This document shows, one piece after another, positions 14,257-27,159 of a DNA stretch of 64,000 nt. The notes beneath the pieces are model-generated. The model did no database searches. It was not told the origin of the DNA and saw nothing but the letters and a program-made list of their open reading frames with translations. Location of the stretch: contig OZ024740.1 of the NCBI GenBank assembly GCA_964016885.1, positions 40,920,001 to 40,984,000 on the forward strand, read 5' to 3'. The position numbers and the translations under genes were made by a program. Source of the stretch: Eledone cirrhosa (taxonomy: Eukaryota). The number at the start of each line of letters is the position of its first letter. Position 1 is the first letter of the stretch.

Positions 14257-14262
<6 letters not shown>
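14079..14262. mobile_element. Fold-back palindrome of a PLE terminal repeat, centred on a hammerhead core
   Basis: aattagaaagtgaacaacaca...tgtgttgttcactttctaatt arms; axis at tcAga (~14169); followed by (TA)n. Confidence 0.8.
14113..14175 (-). ncRNA. Minimal type I hammerhead ribozyme motif
   Basis: UUCGU-CUGAUGA-stem II (ucuag/cuagg)-GAAAC-CUUUG-GUA-AUGGA. Confidence 0.65.
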
Positions 14263-14291
<29 letters not shown>

Positions 14292-14319
14292 GTTATTCCG
14301 GGTTGAATCGGAGGTAACC

Positions 14320-14352
<33 letters not shown>

Positions 14353-14354
14353 CA

Positions 14355-14535
14355 TAGGAGAAAGTATGACAGAGCTCAAGCCATTTCGACGGCTATTTAG
14401 TCCAGAAATAGCCGTCGAAACAGCTTGAGCTCTGCCGTCGGAGTCATACTTTCTCCTATTACCCACTCTACTACCCTAAGTATCGAGTACTCTGGTGCGT
14501 TATGGTCCATCCGGTTCCTTACCACAACTCCTTCG

Positions 14536-14536
<1 letters not shown>
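14355..14536. mobile_element. Short fold-back PLE terminal-repeat remnant between (TA)n tracts
   Basis: Inverted arms 14355-14458 (gagctcaagc..tttcgacggcta / tagccgtcgaaac..gcttgagctc); same family as 39420-39570. Confidence 0.65.
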
Positions 14537-14572
<36 letters not shown>

Positions 14573-14589
14573 TAGAGAGAGAGAGGAAG

Positions 14590-15260
14590 GTAAAATCTGA
14601 CAGGATGTTAATCCAAGCTGCTCTTGTAGAATTAGAGAGAACTGCTCTCTCCAACAGAAATATAATATCAAATCTGTTGTGTATGAGGAGGAGATTACAC
14701 ACAACACCACAGAAAATTCTGAAGTTAGCGAAAGATACGTTGGTATGGTGTAAGATCATTTTAAACAATGTTTTTACATGCATTTCCACATCTTCAGGAA
14801 TTCTGATATGAAAACTACTACAGCACTGGCAAAAAAAAAAATGCCTGGCAATTAAAGGAAAAAGGAGTCCTACAAAAGAGTACTTGGAAGATACTTCAAA
14901 AATCCGGGTATTACACCAACGGTACCAAGAAATGTAATTTCTGTCTGAGTGAGAAATTTTGGATATTACAAGATTTGTCATCTCTGAACAATATTTACTT
15001 GAACTCAAAATGCAAAATTTTTAGAGGATGTCTCCATCTCAAAACCCAACTGCTTGCTAAGTGGAAATATTCAACAAATTCGACTGATTTTCAACCACCT
15101 TAATTTGATTTATATACTTCTGTTATATCTTTTCTTTCTCTTTTCATACTTACATAATACAATACACTTTCTACACTCCTCTACTCCATACCTTAATAAA
15201 TATTACCATCTCTATATTATATTCTACTATATAATACAATATTTCTGGTATAGTCTACAA
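14590..15260 (+). mobile_element. Degenerate Penelope GIY-YIG 3' fragment
   Basis: Broken plus-strand translation SERYVGM..FKQCFYMH..TTALA..WQLK..TKKCNFCLSEKFWILQ, homologous to 37549-37881. Confidence 0.75.
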
Positions 15261-15316
15261 ACACTAACACGTGAATGATCTTGTCATTCAAATTTACATC
15301 TTGGAGTTATTTCCTG

Positions 15317-15470
15317 CCACCACCACCACTGCTACCACCACCATCGCTACCACCACCACCACCACCACCATCGCTACCACCACCACCACCACCACCACTG
15401 CTACCACGACCATCGCTACCACCACCACCACCACCACCACCACCACCACTGCTACCACCACCATCGCTAC
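15317..15470 (+). repeat. (ACC)n microsatellite
   Basis: Direct reading. Confidence 0.95.
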
Positions 15471-16354
15471 CATATTGGTGATTTGAAGTTGATTTATATA
15501 TCGTAACAATTACATTTTTTGATAAATAATAACCCTAAAACATTTCATTGGGATGCATATTTCAAAAATGAAAACAGTTTTTCTCTAGGATGCACTGTTT
15601 CGGAGCCTTTGAGAGACAATCACATATACACATGTACACACATACATTCTCATTTATATGTAGTACATATATATATATATAATCATTGTTTAATGTCCAT
15701 TTTCCATGTTAGCATGGGTTAGATGGGCTGTCCCATTTGAGGAAAGTCAAGTCAGGTGAAATTGGGAGGGCACTCGTGATTTCCATCAATCACAATGCTA
15801 ATCTTTAATAAAGTTGATAGGCTGCTATTTATTATTATTTTTTTCATCAAAATGAATACATAGATAGTAAGTGGGATATATGAATTAGTACAAAATGTAG
15901 GGAGAAAATTTTCCTTGATTAGTCATGAAAATTGTTCTGTAGCAGGCCATAGAAAAGTAGTTTCAGGGTAGCATATTTAAGACACTTAATTTAGAGCAAT
16001 ATGACCCACATATAACCAACAATTATCAATAACTGATATTTGGTTGACATAAAAGGTCATTAACCTTTGATAGTTAACCTAATTCTTCCCACACTTCACT
16101 GGTTATCTCAACAAATTATTTTACTTGGAATAGATTTCTAATTCACCTGCTTTCATGTTTTCCCACAGAGCCTGTCTGATCTAGTATTCAAATAAAAGAA
16201 TATTTAATTATTTACTTAGGGTTTTGTTTATTGTAAGCATTTTTCTTGATGGAGATAATTCTAGATTAGATAAACTATCAGTAAATAAAATTATTTTCCA
16301 CATGTTTTTTTATCAGAATATAACATTGTTACTATTTACCACCACTCTGTGGTA

Positions 16355-16735
16355 TCATTATATGTTCACTTTTCCATACTTGCATGGGTTGGATGGGTCC
16401 TCTTTAGCACAGTATACCCCGCTTGTTACGTTCTTTTGTCATCTCCTCTGTGAGCTTCAGTGATTTGAGATCAACTCTCACCACCTTTGCCCAGGTCTTC
16501 CTTGGTCTTCCTCTACTGCGATTTCCTGACACTTCTTCACCCAGCGATCATTAACCATATGCATTCTTCAGATTCCTCCTAAACCCAGTTTCTCCCTCAG
16601 TTCATCTATACTTTGTCATTCTCACACATTAATATTGCACATCCATCAAAGCATGCTTGCTTCATTTCTCACCAGCCTTCGCATATCCTCGGCATTCACT
16701 ACCTGTGTCTCACTACCATGAAATATCACACTTTT
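16355..16735 (-). mobile_element. Old RTE 3' fragment
   Basis: Reverse complement of catggtagtgagaca...gaggatatgcgaaggctgg.gagaaatgaagcaagcatgct, plus tail. Confidence 0.8.
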
Positions 16736-18046
16736 GTTGTATATTATATAATCAATGTATAATATTAAGCTGGTATTTCTATTAATATGTTGAAAATTCT
16801 AAGTAGCTTTGCACCTATTTTATTTTATGTTTGGTACTTTAGTTGTTTGACAAACAGAATGATAAAATAAATACCAAGCTGAAATATGTGCTGATGCTAA
16901 TATTATCAATTACACACTTGAAGCCCCCACAGACCACCACTTCACACCCACCCCACCCACCTCATCCCCACCCTCCCATCTTCCCACACACACTCTCACC
17001 CCTTCCCACACACATCACATGAGAGAAGACATCTTGAAGTTGATTATTAAAAAAAATCTACCATGATTGGAGGTACAATACATACCCATGCTAGTGTGGA
17101 AGATAGACGTTAAACGATGATGATGATGATGTCAAAGATCTACTAACTATAAACAAGATCTTTTAGTACATGGAGGCTATAAAAAGATTCAACAACAGAA
17201 ATCTCTAGCTGCTTTATAGCTTCCCTTAAAATAAATAATGGACATGTTGGGTAGCACTAAGATGGATTCCTGAGTGTGCAGAAATGAAGAGGATCAAGGC
17301 TCCTGGAGTTAATAAGCTGTATGAGAAACGTTAGCCAGTCGGTCACCTATCAATCTGGTGAACACACAAGCCAGAGATACTTTATTCTTACCAGAAAACG
17401 ATATACATACATAAGACAGTTTGAAAAGGGGTGAGCTGGAACATTAAAGAGCCATTAAATAGTTAGACATATATAAAAAACTAAGACAGTTTGGAAGAGG
17501 ATAAGATGGAACATTAAAAAGCCATCAAATAGCCAATGATTTAAATGATGTCTTCAGTAATGAGGATGAGGAATTAGTCGTATACTATAAAGAAAAACTG
17601 GAAACTCTTACAAGAAAAACCGCTGAGGGCCACAGACAAGATTTCTGGTAGGGGCAAGTCTTGTCTGATGACCCTGTGAGTACCCAGGAATAACAAGACT
17701 CAAGCTTGGCCTTAATATGTGAATTATGTGAATGGGCTTGTATGCCTGCGGCATACAAGCCCATTCACAATTGTGTTAACATGTGAAGTTACACCAGTGC
17801 CAGTTGTAATGATTGCATTTCAGTGCCACACTGGTGTCACTGAAACAGATATAATCCAATAAGTAACACCTGTCTTAATGTTTATTTCATACATGGAAAC
17901 TGATATGTTTCATCGTCACCTTTATGCTGGATAGATACAATTACCATGGAATATTCTTACCTGCTTACACCTGTTTATCAATGAGACACCACAACACAAC
18001 TTTTATGGATAAACAACACAGTAATTAGCAACTATGTGTGTATAAA

Positions 18047-18604
18047 TATATAGAATAATATATGATATGTTTATGAATAAACATTTGAAAGCCTTTAACT
18101 TTGGATTTCAATAGTTGGTGGCAGGGCGCCACCTAGCATATTCTAGCAGAAGCAAAGGGAAATTACCCGACAGCTGTTTCTGACTTATATGGTCATTATC
18201 AAGGTTACACACCCAGCTACCTCGTTTTCTGCTGGAACTCAATATAGGTGCAAACATAGTTTTAACGCTTATGTATATGGGCTGATTAGCCTCATTTGCA
18301 TACGGAACTGAGCTGTAGGCTGGCTCAGCCTGAACAAGAAATAGAATTATTGTGTTCGCTCCAACATAGCTGTATACATATGTGTATGTAAAGCGTTAAA
18401 ACTATACGTTTGTGCCTATATTGAGTTCCAGCAGAGCGAGATGCATTGCTTGATGATGACCATATAAGTCAGAAACAGCTGTCGGTAATTTCCTCTTCCT
18501 TCTGCTGGAACTCGCTATGTGGTGTCCTGCCACCAGCTTTTAAAATCCATAACTAAAAGCTTTCAAATGTTTATTTGTAAACATATCGTGTATTATTCTA
18601 TATA
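18047..18604. mobile_element. ~560 bp fold-back element with ~230 bp diverged arms, each with a degenerate hammerhead
   Basis: Arms 18047-18280 and 18380-18604; right arm (U)UGAUGA-ugac-cauauaa-guca-GAAACAGCUGUC at 18445-18489; partial copy at 60815-60950. Confidence 0.75.
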
Positions 18605-18669
18605 ATCCAGTAGGTGGTCATACTAGTATCACAATGAAAAACTGCTCAGTCTACCTTGTTAGAAGGTCA

Positions 18670-18865
18670 TTTTGGTGCCACGATAAAAAGCATCCAATCC
18701 ATGTTGTAATGTGGTTGACGTTAGGGAAAGAATCCAGCTGTAGAAACCAAGCCAAAATACAGATCCGTATGAGCAAGACATGGTCACCTGACCTGACTTT
18801 TCTCAGAACGTGATAACTTGTTTAACCCACGCAAACATGAAAAAATAGATGTTAAACAATGATAT
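18670..18865 (+). mobile_element. RTE-tail-derived short repeat
   Basis: ggtgccacgataaaaagcatcca...atccagctgtagaaacc...gatgttaaacaatgat. Confidence 0.65.
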
Positions 18866-18989
18866 ATATCTTACAGAAATGACTTCTACAGGACTAGAAC
18901 TGCTTCATTTGTTTGAAATCATCAGGACATTTCCGATGATTTCAAACAAACCAAGGGCCCTCACAAGCTTCACCAGTTACTTCTGATAA

Positions 18990-19800
18990 GTGAGCTGCCA
19001 GTGAGAAGAAGCTCCCTAACGATGGAGTGAGTTGGGCCTGTCTGTTCCTGACAAGGTGGAGAACAGGCGAAGTCAGAGAGCCTGGGCAGCATAAATTCGA
19101 AGGCTACCTTTGACTCCTTCTTCGACCAGTCGGATAAGTTTTAAAGGTGCCGCTCCTGTCTGTCAGCGCCAAATACTCAGGTGACTCGGTTGACGCTCTT
19201 CCAGTGGCTAACGCTGGTGGTCCACTCAGCTTGGACATATTTCGTGTCTCCATTGTCCTCAGAGTGGGAGCTGATGTCTGTATGGGTTTGAGGTGTTGAT
19301 GTAGCAAACTCCTCGACTCCACTGATGCCGGTCGCTTTGTGCGTCACACGGAGCTAAACCCCATTTTCAAGAGAGCTTTGGCTTGGGTAAACATCCCCTC
19401 AATTTTGGAACCGTCTGGGTTGTCCAGAATTGATGGGAAAAGACCTGACCGCCTTACCCGGTGCGCCTGGTCGAGAGGCAGGTGCTTTGTCTGGGACGTC
19501 ACAGTTAGTGACTCTTTTGTTTCTTCCCACATCCTGCAGTTAGGGCGAGAGCCACATCTTCCGCAACCAAACGGAACAAAATCCTAAAATGCCGTGATCT
19601 GTTGGCCAACTACATTTTTCAGCCTGTGACGTTTGAGACGTTTGGAGAAGTCCTACTGTGAGATTCCTATCTTCACTGGCGGCTCGCCTAACAGAGGTAA
19701 CTGGTGGAGCTCGTGAGGGCGTTTGGTTGTTCCAGCGCATCAAGCCTCGCCATCAACCAAGGTAACCCTGCGAGCATGCTGGTTTGCCTAAAAAAATATT
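18990..19800 (+). mobile_element. Degenerate CRE-like RLE non-LTR retrotransposon, 3' part
   Basis: RHTELNPIFKRAL..IPSILEPSGLSRIDGKRPD..WSRGRCFVWDVTVSD then FQPVTFETFG..WLFQRI..AINQGN; restriction-like endonuclease signature. Confidence 0.8.
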
Positions 19801-21148
19801 AGAGAGGTTTCCTTGCGAAACTGTTATCTTTTGCTCTGGTTCGGTTGTCAACCCCTTTTGCCTGCCTTCTATTGTATGTGGTCACGGATGTTTTTTTCCC
19901 CTCTCCCTTTCCTTTATATTATATTTGTTTGTGCTTTCGTTCTGTAAGCATTGTATTATTATAACTCTTTTTATACAACAGTGAATAAAACCTATTATAT
20001 GTAATATGTAATAATAATATGTAATTGCGTAATATGAACTGTTGGGGCACATAAACTACTCGCTTCTGTGTTTTACTTTTCTTTTTTCTTTGTTTTCCCC
20101 TTCCCTTTATATTATATTTGTTTGTGCTCTCGTTCTGTAAGCACTGTATTATTATATTTCTTTTTTATACAACTGTGAATAAAATATATTAAGCTGAATA
20201 TGATTTCAAACGAATGAAACATGTTCCTTCTCTACTAATGTATTGAATACCTTATTTAACTGCAGTTTTTTCTTGATAACCCATCGGAAAACTATCCTTA
20301 AATATGTGTGCACGTTTATGTGTAAACATTACACACATACACATTGCTAGCGCTTGTTGGATAATCTGAAATTCATTGAAGCTATTCTTACACTGTTTAC
20401 TTCGCTGTGAAATAATACAAGCAAGTGTAAACAAACAGCTATATTTGTCCATGTGCAGAAACATTTCGCCTATCTTACGAGGGTAGAAATATATTTCGTC
20501 AATATTTACTAGTTTCGTCACATTTTTGAGATTCAGTGGAGGGCAAGCTATTCGTACTTTTCTAACGACGGAGAAACACAAACACTTGTTTACAATTCGC
20601 AGCAAGGTTAAAATTGCCGACGCATCTGTATTTAAATGTTACGCACTATTATATAAACACTTGTTTACAGTGGAGCTAAACTTGTTTCTCTCTGTCTGTC
20701 ACACCACACACACACACATTATATATATATAATTCAAATTTAAAAGATATATGTAGAAAGAGAAAGAATCATATATCGTTTGAGAAACAGTATTTTGTAA
20801 ACATATATAAAGCAAATAATATATAGGAAAATATAAGTACTTTAAGGTGAAAAAAGTCATTTTTTCCTTACAATGCTATTTCATAGTTTAAAAAATCGAA
20901 GTGCAACCATCGACCTGAGTAATCAACTATTGATTTTGGTCGATGGTTGCACTTCGATTTTTTAAACAAAACAACGAAAGACAAGGATCTAATCATCTGA
21001 TAAATTGTCTTAATATAATGTCCCACACTGTACAAAATACCTTTATATCCGCCGAGAGCAGTATATATGGTAAATAATTACTGCCCGATGGCTGGGCTCG
21101 CGTCGTCGGGTACTATTTACCACACATTTATATACGATACATATATAT

Positions 21149-22105
21149 ACTAGACATGAAAAATGCGCAAGCTCAAAAGTGCCACAGAATGTTATAATAA
21201 ACCTTCAAAAGTGTGGGACTAGAGTTGTTGCTAAAAAATATTGTAATCATTATATATCGTACATTCTGTGGCATCCTTTATAAAAATAGCTTAAACCAAC
21301 GAAGCCTTTATTTTTACGCTATTTCACTTAGTTAATTCTTAGAGTGTAACATATAAAAATATGATTTACAACTATAAAATAAATTAATTAATATAATAAC
21401 AGAGCTGCGGAGCTGAAATTTAGGAAATAATGGAGTATCGGATCCTGAGTTGGAGCCAGTCAATTTTTAGCCGACTCCGCAGCCCTGTATAATACATTTC
21501 ATATTAAAGTTATTAATAAACCTATTTTACACTGCATGCAAATTACCATGAGATATTGATATTAGATATAAGATACAGCGCAATATCTACAGCTGTAAAA
21601 GTACGAAAGCGAAGTAATAATAAGTGGCTTAAGGTAATTCCAATATGAAAGTTTGTAGTGATAAAAATTTGATAATGCAATACGATTGTTAATATTATAG
21701 TTCTATGAAAATGTAACAATAGATAACTAAATTATTTTACTATTAGTATATTTAAGAAATTATCATTATAGAATTGATCGTTCATATAAGCATCATATTA
21801 ATTTTCAACACAATTATTTTGTTACTATGAGTATATGATAATAATATTACGTAATTATTTATAGCTGTTATTACATTAAACATAGATGTATTTATTTTTA
21901 TATGTTACACTCTAAGAATTAACTAAGTGAAATAGCGTAAAAATAAAGGCTTCGTTGGTTTAAGCTATTTTTATAAAGGATGCCACAGAATGTACGATAT
22001 ATAATGATTACAATATTTTTTAGCAACAACTCTAGTCCCACACTTTTGAAGGTTTATTATAACATTCTGTGGCACTTTTGAGCTTGCGCATTTTTCATGT
22101 CTAGT
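21149..22105. mobile_element. MITE-like element with ~212 bp near-perfect terminal inverted repeats
   Basis: 21149-21361 is the reverse complement of ~21894-22105; ends ACTAGAC...GTCTAGT; AT-rich interior. Confidence 0.9.
21400..21487. mobile_element. Tiny hAT-type MITE nested in the larger MITE
   Basis: TIRs CAG(A)GCTGCGGAG / CTCCGCAGCCCTG; 8-bp flanks tataataa and tataatac. Confidence 0.75.
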
Positions 22106-22659
22106 TTAATATTTTTTTAAGGCAACGCTTGTAATAACTCTAGTTAAACAGGATATATATTAATAATAAATTATCGTTGTAATGTAATTAGATTATGTAA
22201 TTGTTATTATAAATTATCTTATAAATATTAGTGTAAGATGTATAAAAATATTTTCAGACTTTTAATATAAACAACTACAAAAAACAATCAATATTAAATC
22301 AATATATTATACATAATAGAAGACATAAAATAAACAATACAAATACAAAATATTTACATACAATTGCAATTATCAGTGTATATACATTTTCTTTATATTC
22401 CCTGAGCAAATTAATAAGATTTGTTTTTATTGTACATAATTTGATGACTTGTTGGTGTGTATTAAAAGATAGCAACAATTTGTGATTAAATTGTTATCTT
22501 AAGCAACTCACTTTTTAATAGTTGTTGGCTGAGCGAAATTGTAAAAGCCTATGAGCAAATATAAAAAAAAATACACAAACAACATTTCCTTGTGTTATTA
22601 CAACATTAGATAAAATAATTGAGCAATGTCGTTATATTTTGCTCTTATTGCACATTAAT

Positions 22660-22830
22660 AGTGTTTCTATTTTTCGGCACAAATCCATTACGGCAGTCCA
22701 TTACTGGTACTTTATTTTATCGAATTAGTAAGTATGAAAGTCGAAGTTAACCTCGGCAGGATTTGAACTTAGAATGCAAAGGACCATAACAATACTGCAA
22801 AGCATGGTGTCTGACGCTCTACCAATACTT
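22660..22830 (-). mobile_element. tRNA-derived SINE (family with a gccgaggttaactttgcctttcatcc...gataaaataaagtaccag domain)
   Basis: Reverse complement of the copies at 28630-28820 and 46793-46985. Confidence 0.75.
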
Positions 22831-23182
22831 GTGTTGAGCTGGTCATTAATTTATGGTGGTCGTGCGTGGAGTAGAGCAATCGCTAGTTGAAATATTATGA
22901 ACAAAACATTTTTATTTGCCGAAGAACATATTTTCAATACTGTTTGTGAATGTGACGAAGGAAATACATTCTGATATGGAACAGTGTACAAAGTGTGTCT
23001 GTGAATAACATAATGTTACCTCATGTTGTTGTCAAGACATAATGGATTTCGTATATCCAGTTAGAAGATGAAACCTAGCCATCTCGGATTAGTTATATTT
23101 CATGCCATGTGTAAACGTGTTTGAGGATAGCAAAATATGCGCGTTAATTATAATAATTAGTTAATAATATTACAAAATACAC

Positions 23183-24423
23183 TTTCATAGCGTCCGTCAT
23201 CTACTACCGCTTGACTGTCGTGCCTTGTCCCCGTGAACACCTCGCCAAGATGGAACGCATGCTCTTCCAGTTTCTGTGGAAGAAGCAGGCTCCGCTGGTG
23301 AGGAGATCCGTCTGCTGTCAGCACCCTTCCAACGGAGGGCTGGGAATGCCGTGGCTGATGATGCGCAAACATGCGCTGAGGCTGCGGCATCTCCAGGTAT
23401 TCCTCACCGACCCCCAACCGGTGTGGGCACCGTTTGTGAGACAGGCTTTCCCACAGCTCGTCTCGCTAACGGAGCTGCAGTCCTGGGTGAAGAAAAGACC
23501 GAAAACGAGGGGCGCCTGGCACATTGAATGCGCTCAGGCGCTCACAGTCCTCTGGCAAGCGGGCGCAGCAATCAGTGGATACTCCACTTCGACATTCTAT
23601 AGAGGGATTGTACGTTACAAGGGCGACGACGTGCTCGGAGAGACTCTGGGCGTCGAAGACGATGAGCTCACCAGTATGTTTGGTAGGACTTTCCGCCCGG
23701 GACCTATGGACAACTTCCAGAGGTCCCTGGCCTGGCAGTGCTACCGAGGAGCTCTACCGGTTCGTGACAAGATCTACAGGCACGGACGCCCTGGCAGGGA
23801 TCCTTCCAAGAGGACGTGTCCAAGATGTGCGCAGGACATTGAAACAGTTCTGCACGCAATTGTACACTGCCCGGGCGTAAGCGACCTGTGGAACTATGCA
23901 GAACAACTGCTGTCGCGTATGGGACAAATACAGTTGACTGCCGAATCCATAGTAAGGATCAAACCGCCAGACTCTTTCAAAAACGAAAGAGAGGCGGTTT
24001 TCCTCTGTACGGTGGCTATGGTGAAAGAAGTTATATGGTGGACGAGGTTGAGAAGACTGAGGACAGATGCCTTTCTCTCCGGACAACAATTGATTCCATT
24101 CTTTAAGTATCACTTTAGAAGGAGAATCAGGGTGGAGAGAGAGGCACTGCACCCCAGTAAATTTACTGAAAGGTGGGTGAATGAAGCGAAAATGGCCCGA
24201 GTGATTGGGCCTTCTCTGTTTATAAGCCTGTAGGTTGAGGAAGAGAGCAAAAGGAAGAAAGGAGCACTTGCACAACACGCTCCTTGAGTTGAGGGTTGTT
24301 CTATCGACGGGGTATTAAACAACCCATTTGTGGCGCCTCCCCCCTATTGGGGATTTCGATTGTTGAAATTGTTTGTTTTTATATTTTTTACACGACTGTA
24401 TCCTTGTGGCTAATAAAGAAATC
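23183..24423 (+). mobile_element. 5'-truncated Tx1/L1-clade LINE (ORF2 C-terminus with zinc knuckle)
   Basis: ORF 23211-24233 with FLW, GGLGMP and CPRC..ETVLHAIVHC; AATAAA near the end; 17-bp TSD aatattacaaaata(c/t)ac at 23166-23182 and 24424-24440. Confidence 0.93.
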
Positions 24424-24477
24424 AATATTACAAAATATACCTAATTAAACTCTTTGCTTGAAATTTTATCATTCTTC

Positions 24478-24552
<75 letters not shown>

Positions 24553-26020
24553 TTTATCTAGTCCTTCGCTCAAGATTAATCTATAAGTTTAGATGTTTGC
24601 CTTCGTTTAAGTAAATATTACAGTAAGATTTTTAATATAAACAACTACAAAAAACAATTAATATTAAAACGAAAAAATTATCAATGATAAAAGAAGCGGA
24701 TGCAACTTTTTTTTTTATAAAGTTATATTCCTGTTTCTTTAAAGAACATTTCATTTTTGTTCTATTGTAGGCGAAATAATGCAATGGTTTAATAGGGAAG
24801 ATATAACTTACGAATTATGTCTCTAACCGTGTAACGCTTTTTAAGTAGATAACTACAATTGAAAATACTAAAGAAATGGAACCAACAATTCAATTTGGAA
24901 GTCGTCTAGTGACAGTGTATTACTGGTACTTTATTTTATCGACCCCGTAACGATGAAAGGCAAATGCTTAAAATTTAAATTGCCTTAATTCTATCGTCTG
25001 CTGTTTCATTAAAGGGAGATTATCGTCTGTATTTAATTCTATCGTCTACTGTTCCACTAAACAGATATACCTCCACTATCGTCTCTATTTATACATTTTA
25101 ACTTATAACTTATACACATTTGATTTGAAATATTTTATCTAGTCCCCCCTCTCAATATTATGATGATTTCTTTCGAATGAAACAGTTCTAGTCCTGTAGA
25201 AGCCATTTATATATATAATTGAACTGAGTTAAAAATTCACAATATTTATAATTAAATAAGCTCATATATATATGTGTGTATTTATCTGTTTATTGTATTA
25301 TATATAATGTGTGTATATACAGGATGTCCCCCAAAAATATATACACACTTCAACAGCATTCTAATAACTATTGCCTGTACAGGTAATCAAAGTGTCAATC
25401 GAATGTTAGTTTCGTGTTTTAACAGTACAAATTTACAATACACACATAAAACCAGTGTATATACATACATGAGTGTGTATACACATACATGAATGTGTAT
25501 ATACAATATATATGTATATATATATAGACACATATATTCACGGTGCAACGGTACATTAAAATATAGATGCGGGAGGGGAGGGGGTGTATATATAGGGGCG
25601 CTGGGGATAAAGGAGTGTAAAGCGTGTGTAATTGATATATTGAAGGAGAGGAGCGTGCAGCGATAGAGTAACAAATATATAGAGAGGGGGAGAGATGGTA
25701 TTGAAGGGGAGGAGTGCAAAGCGAAAGAGTAAGAGATATATATAGAGACGGAACACATAGAGAGAAACAGGCGTAAGTAACAGTGGAAGAGATATATAGA
25801 GAGGTACTCTGATTGGTTGAAAATTAGCCAATGACATACGATCACCACCACCACGGCTATCCCCGAAAATTTTTTAAAGAAGCTAGGCATATATGTTATG
25901 TTAAGAACACGAATAAGAACACGAATAAGAACACGAATATATGTTAGAACACGAAAAGTGAACATTCTGTTGTTTCATACTTTTCGTGTTCTAACAGATA
26001 TATATAATAGTCTCTCTCTT

Positions 26021-26111
<91 letters not shown>

Positions 26112-26124
26112 TATATAAACAATG

Positions 26125-26377
26125 AGTTATTTAATTTGTTGATTATTCAACAAAGTTAATTTATAACAGACTAGAAGGACTCGACAAAATTCTTCTGGAG
26201 TATAATATTGATAAATGGAAACTATTTTTATAAAACCATATTTATTTTATTATATATATTTCAAGGGTACCAGTATTTTGGTCCGCACTCATCAGATAAA
26301 ATACAAAAATTGGTAAACCAATTTTTGTATTATATATAATAAAATAAATATGGTTTTATAAAGATAGTTTCCATTTA

Positions 26378-26388
<11 letters not shown>
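26125..26388 (-). mobile_element. Non-coding PLE-derived fold-back mini-element, family A
   Basis: Inverted arms around 26200-26388, flanked by (TA)n; homologous to 27160-27465 and 45180-45638. Confidence 0.8.
26243..26303 (-). ncRNA. Minimal type I hammerhead ribozyme
   Basis: UAUUUUAU-CUGAUGA-stem II-GAAAU-AUAU-AUA-AUAAAAUA; stem I fully complementary. Confidence 0.75.
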
Positions 26389-26420
<32 letters not shown>

Positions 26421-27159
26421 ATATATATATTCATGCATTCATTTCATATATCTATATAATCATACACATTCTTAGTAACCATATTTTTCTCATCAAAGTT
26501 TACTATTAATTGACACGAGTGCACGAGAAATATACACAAATACAACAGGTTATTGGCATAAACAAACATTGGTATTACAAGACCAAGAATAGCTTGTTCC
26601 ATATAACTTTGAGGTAATTGATTATCTTATAATCATTATTTGTACTATTTATCTGTATTATCTTAACTGGTAAATTTACAAGTTTTGGAAGGCCGTATTC
26701 GTTCAAAACAAAAACAAATAAAATCACAAGAAAAACGTAAATTTCGTCTTAAAATTCTAACCAAGCCTACATATTTGCTAAAAAAAAATAAAATTATTAC
26801 ACCCGTCCCCGTCCCTTAGACGGGTGTAAGAATATAGAGTATGAATATTTATATTTGTTGTTTTTCGTGTGAAGCTGTAGAAGAAACCACTAATGTTATT
26901 AAGATTCTTAATCGTTTTAACAAGCCCCTCTTTGTTTTTAAACTGTCTATTGACAACTTTCACTATTTCTGTCACTTTATCACTCTGTTAATAGTGAGTG
27001 CTAGGTTTCTCTGAATGAAATAGATGTCAATGCCTTCTACACACTAACAATACGGAGAGGGAACTGCCTAAGCGAAGAGAAATAACATACACTGTAAAAT
27101 AATCAGAATTCTGTGAACACAAAACATTAAATATATATACTTCCAAATATATATATATA

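Noticed and set aside
19900-20185. ~90 bp direct repeat as an LTR pair
   Set aside because: No TG..CA ends or TSD; looks like a duplicated retroelement 3' tail with AATAAA.
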